Positions 31,061 to 38,894 of a stretch of 38,894 nucleotides of DNA are shown here, one piece after another. Source of the DNA: Chrysochromulina tobinii. Taxonomy: Eukaryota. Numbering within the stretch: the stretch's first letter is position 1; each line of letters starts with the position of its first letter. A program made the translations under genes and the position numbers. The stretch covers positions 1-38,894 of the forward strand of contig JWZX01003402.1 of assembly GCA_001275005.1 (NCBI GenBank). The letters are read 5' to 3'. Below the pieces are notes generated by a model. It was not told where the DNA came from. It made no database searches and saw nothing but the letters and a program-made list of their open reading frames with translations.

Positions 31061-33823
31061 TCAGCGACTGCAATCAACAAAAAACCAAAAACCAGTTGCC
31101 AGTGAGGATGTCTGCCCTCCCCCCACCAGGCTGTTGATAGTCCTTGATGTCAATTTTCGGAAGCAGCTCATGCAAAGTTCGTCTTCACGAACCAGCAGCG
31201 TACCTTCCAAGGCCTTGCCATTGTAATCAGTACACTTTTGCCATCGACTCCCCTGTAGCTGCACGCGCCACATGCCGCTCGGAGCGTCGTACGTCTGAAC
31301 GACGGCACGGACAGGCCCAGGCGCAACTTTGGCGACGTACACAACGGTGCCCTCGTGTATCGCAGCGCACTCAGACCCAGCCTTGCCGTGCACTGCGTTA
31401 CGAATCGAGGCCTCCCCTTCCTCCTCGATATCTAACCAGCTGAGGTTGCACTCGATTAATGAGCGATTGACCAATAGCAGATTGGCCACGTGCTTGGCGC
31501 CTGCTGTCCCACCAATGTTGTCGTCGGCTTCATCATAATCTCCGCTCAAGTCAAGCTCCTTGAGAGTGGTGTTGCCTTTCAGTGCATCACAGATGAGTTT
31601 GGTGCCTTCCTCTCCCAACCCATTCCTGGCGAGCGAAAGTTTGGTGAGCGAGCGGTTGATGCCAAGCATGTCAGCTACATGCTTGGCACCTGCAGCATAG
31701 CCGATGTTGTTGTAGGCAGGGAAACTGCCACTCAGATCGAGCTCCTTGAGCGTCTTGCTGTCTTGCAGAGCCTCGCAGAGAGACTTCGTGCCATCCTCGC
31801 CCAGCATGTTACTGGCGAGCGACAGCTTCGTTAGCGAGCCGTTGATGCGCAACGCGTCGGCGATCGCAGCTATGCCCTTGACGATGTAGGTGCCGCTCGG
31901 ATGCAATCCGGTCTGCGCATTATCGTTCATTCCACAGAGCTGGTTGGCGTCGAGATCGAGGCTCATTAGCGAGCTATTTGCAGCGAGCGCTGGCGCAAGG
32001 GCGTTAGCACCTTCTGGACCGAGGTGATTGTACCGCAGGCAGAGCGTTGCTAGTGAGGCCATTGCAGGTAGGAGTCCTGCCACAACCATGATGCCCTCGT
32101 CGCCAATCCCCTTTCCATTTATGTTGAGCTCTGTGAAGGAGTCGGCGCGCATCTCCTTGATCGGGATGTCGTTGAACATCTCGATCTTGAGGTTACCGAG
32201 GACAGCCGCTGAGAGCTGTGCAGCGCCGTCGCCCGCGATGATGTTCCCGCGGACGTCGACACGTAAAAGCGAGCGGTTGACCTTGAGAGCCTCGCCAAGT
32301 GCCGAAGCACCTTCTGAGCCAATCCGATTGCAGGTGAGGTCGAGCGACGTGAGCGAGCTGTTGACGCGGATTGCTTCGACAATGGAGCGAGCACCCTCTG
32401 GACCAAAGAAGTTGCGCGAGAGGTCGACGCAGGTTAATGAGCGATTCACGCAGAGAGCATTCGCAATTGCTGTGATACCCTCTGCGCTGTAGGTGCCGAG
32501 CAGGCTGTTCACGTATCGACCCCCCCACCATCCGTTGCCGAGGCCGTTGGCGAGGCCACCAAACGGGCTCTTCGCGAGACCGCAAAGAAAGTTTTCAGAG
32601 AGATCGAGGCTCGTGAGTGAGGCTGTGGAAGCAACGAGATAGCTGAGGAGCATGGCCCCCTCCAATCCGAGTCCTTTGCGTGACAAGCCGAGCTTCGTGA
32701 CGCTCTCCTCGAGGACTCTCAAGCCCGCACAGGCGACGGCTGCGGTCGTCAGCTTCAACGGTGGCTCACCCTCGCCTGATATGCAGCTGTAAACAAGAGC
32801 ACGATTGAATGCTAGATGAGCTCGATGAGGAAGATGCTCACGATGGTAAGCTGGGTGGCAGCCATACTCGGGATAACCCTCTGCAGCTCGGAGCCTTAAA
32901 GGAGCCTCCGTGATGCGCTGATGGTCTCTGACGGCCGCAAACATTTGGTCCGCCACTTCCGCGGCTCGGATTTTCGCCACGTCCACTTCGAAGCCGTAGC
33001 CATGGATGCGTGCCAGTCCGGGCAGCATCCGCCCCGCTATATAGACTTCCCACGGCCGGCCGGCCTCGATCAGCTTCTCAACGTCGAGGTCGGTGATCTC
33101 ATCCAGTTGTGTGGGTACCGGCTGCCCGTCACGGCGGCACAGGCGCGAGCACAGGACACGTCGCGCCAGCGCACGCCAACGTCGATTCATGCCCTTAAGC
33201 TCGACCAATGTGGCCACGTCCACAAGGCCCAGAGCAGCCTCCTGGGCATCTGTCGTGGCTAGCACCCCCGAGAACGAGGGCTGTTTGAGCAGTGCGGGCG
33301 GTTCTATGGAGCTGGCCGGCTGCCGCGGCTCCTCGAAACTTTCTGGGACAAAGGCTGACTCGGCAAGTGTCGCCGCATGTTCCTCCGCGCTGCCAAAGTC
33401 GCTACCCTCGCCAAGCAGCGCACGGATTTCTAGAGCGCGCTTGCCGTTGAGCCGGGAGGCAATGGCTCGCTGGATTTGCTTGAGCGCCATGGGGGCGTCG
33501 AGGCAGAGGGCGTCCTCGATGAGATTGAAAAGCTGTACTAGTGAATGCTCGTAGAGCTGGTCCATGCTCGGCCACGTGTATTCTGGGTCATTCAGTTTGC
33601 ACACCAATAGAAGCGCCGAAGCCCTGATCGCAGGCATTGCATATATGCCATTCTCGGAGGTGGCGAAGTCCATGAGATCCTTAATGGTGCCGACGAGCCG
33701 GGCTGCATTGCACGACAGCGTGACCTCCTCCCCATCTCGCGCTCGCACACGGATCCGCTCGTTGGCCGTGCCCATCGGGCCCATGGAGGCGGACAGAGTG
33801 CCAAGTGCGTTGCGTGAGGCCAT
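31061..33823 (-). CDS. Skp1-like + F-box-like + RNI-type leucine-rich-repeat protein
   Basis: Skp1 pattern (IRVRARDGEEV...GTIKDLMD; LFNLIEDALCLD...IASRLNGKRALEIRALLG), F-box-like LVDVATLVELKGMNRRWRALA, many SLTxLDLSxNxLGxEGA repeats. Confidence 0.8.
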   Translation of the reverse strand: MASRNALGTLSASMGPMGTANERIRVRARDGEEVTLSCNAARLVGTIKDLMDFATSENGIYAMPAIRASALLLVCKLNDPEYTWPSMDQLYEHSLVQLFNLIEDALCLDAPMALKQIQRAIASRLNGKRALEIRALLGEGSDFGSAEEHAATLAESAFVPESFEEPRQPASSIEPPALLKQPSFSGVLATTDAQEAALGLVDVATLVELKGMNRRWRALARRVLCSRLCRRDGQPVPTQLDEITDLDVEKLIEAGRPWEVYIAGRMLPGLARIHGYGFEVDVAKIRAAEVADQMFAAVRDHQRITEAPLRLRAAEGYPEYGCHPAYHREHLPHRAHLAFNRALVYSCISGEGEPPLKLTTAAVACAGLRVLEESVTKLGLSRKGLGLEGAMLLSYLVASTASLTSLDLSENFLCGLAKSPFGGLANGLGNGWWGGRYVNSLLGTYSAEGITAIANALCVNRSLTCVDLSRNFFGPEGARSIVEAIRVNSSLTSLDLTCNRIGSEGASALGEALKVNRSLLRVDVRGNIIAGDGAAQLSAAVLGNLKIEMFNDIPIKEMRADSFTELNINGKGIGDEGIMVVAGLLPAMASLATLCLRYNHLGPEGANALAPALAANSSLMSLDLDANQLCGMNDNAQTGLHPSGTYIVKGIAAIADALRINGSLTKLSLASNMLGEDGTKSLCEALQDSKTLKELDLSGSFPAYNNIGYAAGAKHVADMLGINRSLTKLSLARNGLGEEGTKLICDALKGNTTLKELDLSGDYDEADDNIGGTAGAKHVANLLLVNRSLIECNLSWLDIEEEGEASIRNAVHGKAGSECAAIHEGTVVYVAKVAPGPVRAVVQTYDAPSGMWRVQLQGSRWQKCTDYNGKALEGTLLVREDELCMSCFRKLTSRTINSLVGGGQTSSLATGFWFFVDCSR

Positions 33824-34353
33824 CGCGTCAGAGCGTCGTCGTCGTCCAGCTTCACCTCTCTCAGAATCGCTCGCTCGCAAGGTGTTGAAAGCAAGCGCTC
33901 GCGGGGCAAGCGCTCAGCATGGCGCGTGTTCGGCAGCCATTGGAACTAGCCTCCACCCGCTACAGTTTCGCTACGCCGCATCAAAACAGCGTTTTTGAAC
34001 AGGCATAATTTGTCGTCACCGGAAGGGTTGAACGCACCTGCGGCCGCGGCGGGCCGCTGTCCCTAGAGAATTCGGGAAACATGACTCTGCCTCGGCACAG
34101 TCGGTGCGTGTGCGCTGGACGGCCCTCCACACACACACAGCCTTGGCTCGAACTCGACCGATTCTGTAGAGCGCTTGCGTCTCCTCTCGCTCGGGCTGAC
34201 CGTGCCGGCGATGGGCGCTGTCACCGTACCGAGCCTCTCTAGTTCACGTGTTACGTGCATGCGTCCACATCCACACGACGGCCGGAGCCACGGCCTCGCC
34301 CACGGGACCGACCAACCAACGGCCGCCTGCCCCGCGACGCGACGGCGCGCGGC

Positions 34354-37300
34354 TCAAGGCCGGAGAGCCTCGCGCGCCGGGTCGAGCACCTCCGCCTTGA
34401 TGCGAGGGTAGTCGGGATACTGCCCGAGGACCTTGTGGCACACATCGATGGCTTCGACGTACTTCTTGGCCTTGAGATAGTTGAACGAGAGCTTGTACCC
34501 GACCGCGGCGGACGCCTCGTTCTCAAAGCCCCACGCCTTTTCGTAATGCGAGGCAGCGTCCTTGTACGCGGCCTCCTTCTCCTTGACGACACCGAGGAAC
34601 TCCCAAGCCTTGGCGCACGACTTATTGGAGGCGAGGCAGCGCCAGCAGAGCTCCTCGGCGAGGTCGTACTTGCCGCCCACGATGTACACGTCCGCGAGCA
34701 TCAGCCAGCCGCGCTCGAAGTCGTCAATGAGCTCGGCCTGGAAGGCAATCTTGGCGACGCGCTTCAGGTGATTACGCGCCTTGGGCGCCTGCTTGAGCAT
34801 CAGATAGGCCTGCGAGAGGCAGACGAGCGCGGGCAGGTAGTCCTTCTCGACGCCGAGCAGCTCGAGGAGCATCGCGACAGCGCGGTCGATCTGGTTGCGC
34901 TCCTTGGTGGCCAGGAGCATGTAGCACTCGAGCACCTGTCATCAGGGGTCATCAGGGGTCATCAGAGGTCATCAGGGGTCATCAGAGGTCATTAGGAGCA
35001 TGTAGCACTCGAGCACCTCGCGCCGTGCCGAGCTCGGCATCTCGCGCAGCAGCCGCTCGGCGGCCTTGACGGCCTCGTTCGGCTCGGCGGGCGCGTCCAC
35101 GTTCAAGTTGTCCCAATTCGTCTCATTCTCCGGGTTCAGGAAGATTTCGATCATCTGTCGCAGCGCAGGCTCCCCATACTCGCCGTCGCGCCTTGCCATA
35201 TTTAGGTGGCGCAGCGCGGCGCGCGGCTGGTTCTGGTAGCGCGCGAGCAGCCCCTGGCAGTAACGGAAGCCCGGCTCGAGCGCGGCGCGTGGCGACGAGC
35301 GCTCTGCATTCTTGAGCACCTGGATAGCCTCCGCCATGCGACCCGCGCGCCGCAGCAGCGAGAGCATCTTGGCGATCGCGCCGAACAGGGCAGGCTGCTT
35401 CAGCAGCAGCTGCTCGAAGTGGTAGATGGCCGCATCCCACTCGGACTTTTGGATCATGATGTCCGCAATCAAGATGCGCGCCGCGTCCAGGTCGGCCGGG
35501 GGCGCCGCGTTCAGCGTCATGAGCGACGAGCACTGCTGCTGCGCCGCGTCGACCTCGCCGCGCGCGAGGTGCAGCCGCGCGAGGGCGAGCATCACCTTCT
35601 CGTCGTCCTCGTTGTGCTTCAGTGCTGTCTTATAGGCGTCGAGGGCCGCGTCGGTGTCGTGCAGCTGCTCATGGAGAGCGCCGAGCTCCATCGCCACGCT
35701 GGCCGCGACAGCCTGCCACGTGGCGAGCGTCATCAGCGGTCATCAGCGGTCATCAGCGGTCATCAGTGGCAATCAGTGGCAATCAGAGGCACTCAGCGCA
35801 CCTGCTGAGTCGCGAGCTGATCGGCGCCGCCCGTCTCGGCGCGCAGCTGCGCGAGCGCGTTCTGCTGGTTGCTCTGCGCTTGGTGGAGCGCCTCGAGCGC
35901 CTCGGGCAGCGCGTTGAGCGCCTTGTGTACCTTGGCCTGCAGCTGCAGAGCCTTGGTGACGAGCAGTGCGTCCTCGATGACCATCCTCGCACGCCCCCCG
36001 CCGTCCGGCACCGCGCCCGCGCTGTAGCCACAGGCGGCGATCAGCTGCTTGAGCTCGGTCATCGCCGCGTCGTACCGCTTCAGGTTGAGGTAGAGCGCCG
36101 CCAGCTCGTACCGAAGCGGCGTCTTGCTCGGATCCGCTGCTGCCGCGTCTGAATAGTACTCGATGGCCTTGGCGTACGCATGTGTGCTCACGAGCACGTG
36201 GCCGATGCGCGACGCGAGCACCGGGTCGTTGGGCGACTTGCGCAGTGCCGTCTCGAAGGCGGCGATCGCCTTCTCGGGCTCCAGCACCGCCATGTACGCC
36301 TCGCCGAGCATCATGTACGAAGCGACCGTCGGGTTCGCCGCAGCCACCTCCTCGTGGCACGCCGCGTACGCGCGCTTGTCGTTGCGGTGCTCGAGGTAGA
36401 GGTCGGCGAGCGCCTTGCGCGCGGCGTGGTAGTGGGCTGATTCGCTCGGGATGGCGCGCAGCAGCTGGAGCGCCGACTCGATATCTCCTTTGACCACCTG
36501 CACCTTGGCGTTTGCGATCTGAAGGCGCCCCTCCACCGGCGTGCCATCAAACTCGACCACGGCCGCTGCCATTGCACTCTGCGCCTCCGACACCTTTTGC
36601 TGCGCGAGCAGCGCATCGACCAGCTGCATATGGAGCGAGCACTTGTCGCTCAGATTGAGCTTGAGCTCTTCGGGCAACGTCGTCGGCGGCGGCGGCATGG
36701 CCGCGCCGCGCTGCCGTCCACCTGCGCTCTTTTGGTTCTGCGCGCCGGCGCGCGCGCCCGCGCCGCCCTGTGCGGCGATGGCGCGGCTGAGCATGGTCTC
36801 AGCCTCGGCGAACTCGCCTTGCAGATGTAAGATCTGAGCCTTGATCAGTTGGAAGAGGGGCTGCTCGCGCACCGCAAAGTTGTGCGATAGCGCCGAGTCG
36901 AGCACTGCGCCCGCCTGGCGCGTCTTGTCGAGCTTGAGCAGAATCTGCGCATGGAGCAGCGCCGCGTCCGCAAACGTCGGATCTGCCTTCGCAATGGACG
37001 AGCAGCAGCGCAGCGCGGCCTCGTAGTCAGCGCGCAGGTAGTGGGCGCGCGCGAGCTGCATCTGCGAGTCGAGCAACCCGGGCGAGTGCTTGGCCACCTC
37101 GTGCAGCACGCGCGTCGCCTTGCCAAGCAACTGCGCAGCACGGGAGCCCTCGTCGAGGGCCGAGCCGTCCGCCTCGCCACAGTGCTTGAGGTACTCGCGC
37201 GCGATCTCGAGCAAAAAGTCAGGGTTGAGGCTCGCGTAGAAGGCCGAGCCGAGTGGAAGCTTGCGAGCCTTGGCCAGCTGCTGCGTGCTCGCGCGGTCGA

Positions 37301-38729
37301 GATGGCCGACGGCCGTGTCGACGTCCTTGTACCGCCGGCTCGCGACCAGCGCCATGTTGAAGCTCATCTCGGGCGCAGGCGCTGCCTGCAGCTCCTTGAC
37401 GAACTCAAGCTGCATCTCGGCGTCGAGGATCTCGCCCGCGAGGATCTGGCTCTTGATCAGAAAGGGCATCACCTCATCGGCGCCCTCCTCGAGTGACGAA
37501 GCGCGCTTGAGCACCTGCATGGCGCCTTGATGGTCCTCGAGAAGCATCAGCTGGTACGCATTCTCGGCCGCGTACTCGGCCTTGTCCGGAGCGATGCGGC
37601 ACGCGGTGTTGGTCAGCGCGAGTGTCAGGGACAGCAGCGCAGGGTTACGCCCGGCGAGGCGCGCAAACGGGCGCGCGACGTCGATGTACAGGCGGGCGTT
37701 GAGCGGCTCGTGCCGGTCGAGCGCCTGAGAGAGCTCTGTGAGCCGGCTCGCCGCCGCACGCGCGTCCGTCTCCTGCGAAATCGCGTGCAGCGCGCACACG
37801 CGGAGAGCGTCGAGCGTACCTGTGGGGAGAGGGTGGCGCCGTGGTGAGCACATGCATGCAGCGCAGGGCATGGACTGCGCACTCGCGGAGAAAAGCGTAG
37901 AGCGCGTACCCGCCCCTGCGCCGCGACCGCCCTGGTTATCCGACTGCGCGAGCACGCGCTGCGCGGTCTCGACGGCCTGCTCCCAGTCGCCCAGATTGAG
38001 CAGCACGAGCGCCTTCTCGGCCAGCGCGGGCAGGAACCACGCGTACAGCCCGATGACCTCTGAGAGCTTATCGAGTGCCCCACGGTGGTTTCCCTGCATC
38101 GAGGCGAGCTTCGCGATGCCCATCATCGCGTCGAGATCCTTTGCCCCGCCACCCGCCTGGATGGCCTGCTCGAAGAAGCTCTCCGCGGCCTCAAACTCCT
38201 CCGACGGGTCGCCGTTGCACGCCTCGCTCGAGAACTTGACGCCCGAGAGCTCCTTCTCGGCGTCCGCGAGCTCGAGCCATCCCGAGAGCACGAGCGCGGG
38301 CACGTTGGATTTCTGCATGCGCAGGATGTGCTGCACGTGCTGCTTCGCGTCGAAGGTCTCGCCAAAGTGCCACAGCAGCTGCGCCGCCGTCATGCGCGCG
38401 CGGTCGGGCACCGACGTGTCCTCCGTCGAGCCCATCAGCTCCGTCTCGAGCCGTGTGAGTGTCTCGGTGTCGACGACCTTGCACGCGCGGTGCGCGTGCA
38501 TCAGCGCGATCTTGAGCGGAAGCTGCATCTGCGGGTCCGCGCGGCGCAGCATGGCCTCGAGCTCGCGCACCGCCTCGCCCGCCGCGCCCTCCTTGATCAT
38601 GCCAAAGGCCTTCCACAAGGACACGAGCGGGTCATTGGCGCGCTTCTTGAGCACCTCAGCGCACACAGTCTGCACATGCCGGTAGTAGCCGAGGCGCGCG
38701 TAGTAGTTGACGAGCGAGAGCACTTCCAT
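34354..38729 (-). CDS. TTC21B: Tetratricopeptide repeat protein 21B / intraflagellar transport IFT139, 4 exons
   Basis: N-terminus LVNYYARLGYYRHVQ; C-terminus GYKLSFNYLKAKKYVEAIDVCHKVL..YPDYPRIK.EVLD.AR..LRP. Exons 38729-37910, 37819-35802, 35712-35017, 34935-34354 total 4116 nt (1371 aa). Confidence 0.95.
34936..35016 (-). other. TTC21B intron 3 (81 nt): duplicated exon sequence plus 10-mer array
   Basis: GAG|GTGCTC...GACAG|GTGCTC; phase 0; perfect 25-bp direct repeat at 34913-34937 and 34994-35018. Confidence 0.9.
35713..35801 (-). other. TTC21B intron 2 (89 nt) with 10-mer array
   Basis: CAG|GTGCGC...GGCAG|GCT; phase 0; TGAGTGCCTC, (TGATTGCCAC)2, (TGATGACCGC)3. Confidence 0.9.
37820..37909 (-). 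other. TTC21B intron 1 (90 nt, in-frame, stop-free)
   Basis: G|GTACGC...CCCCACAG|GTACGC; the translated insert interrupts the TPR helix QRVLAQ...TLDALR; donor position is less certain than the acceptor. Confidence 0.7.
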
Positions 38730-38894
38730 CGCGCAAGGCTGGCCTCGTTGAGCAGCCTCGGCAGCGAAGACACCGTTAGGATGCCAGGCGTGCAGAGGCG
38801 TGCGCCTTTTTGGGCTTACTTGTTAACAGTGAAACGAGACACAGAGAAGAACTGCAACCAAATCTCTTGGAAACTCAGGAGCTTAAGCGGTGAG

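Noticed and set aside
29346..33823. NYN nuclease plus LRR gene as a defence module
   Set aside because: Convergent neighbours only; no sequence evidence of functional linkage
34938..35790. CTGATGA in the 10-mer arrays as hammerhead ribozyme cores
   Set aside because: No matching GAAA core or flanking stems
37738..38685. 315-aa plus-strand ORF and other overlapping ORFs in TTC21B, PDK and LRR genes
   Set aside because: Antisense or alternate-frame shadows of well-supported genes in high-GC DNA

Overview
GC-rich eukaryotic nuclear DNA, most likely a haptophyte alga (Chrysochromulina/Prymnesiales-like). This is inferred from the flagellar IFT139 gene, a signal-peptide-bearing PPR gene, short spliceosomal introns and 10-mer intron repeats. 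About 17 protein-coding genes are supportable. Housekeeping-type genes are a PPR protein, a TFIIB-like factor, Mpv17/PMP22, PDK/BCKDK kinase, a NYN-domain protein, a Skp1-F-box-LRR protein and a 4-exon TTC21B/IFT139. Interleaved with them in the first 28 kb are nine mostly intronless glycan-modifying genes (GT61, SGNH O-acetyltransferase-like, GT47/exostosin, two PLOD-type GTs, a GT-A-like protein, a fucosyltransferase-methyltransferase fusion and two FkbM methyltransferases). The most striking signal is three introns built from a sense-oriented TGATnnCCnC 10-mer array plus a copy of adjacent exon sequence. One has a perfect 25-bp target-site-like duplication that supplies both splice sites, suggesting an active intron-generating mechanism. 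Also present are a nested foldback/MITE element, two dispersed 200-240 bp repeat families, a TFIIB-like protein with apparently three cyclin repeats, and several micro-frameshifts. No rRNA, tRNA or CRISPR array was seen. All family calls come from reading motifs by eye; no database search was run.
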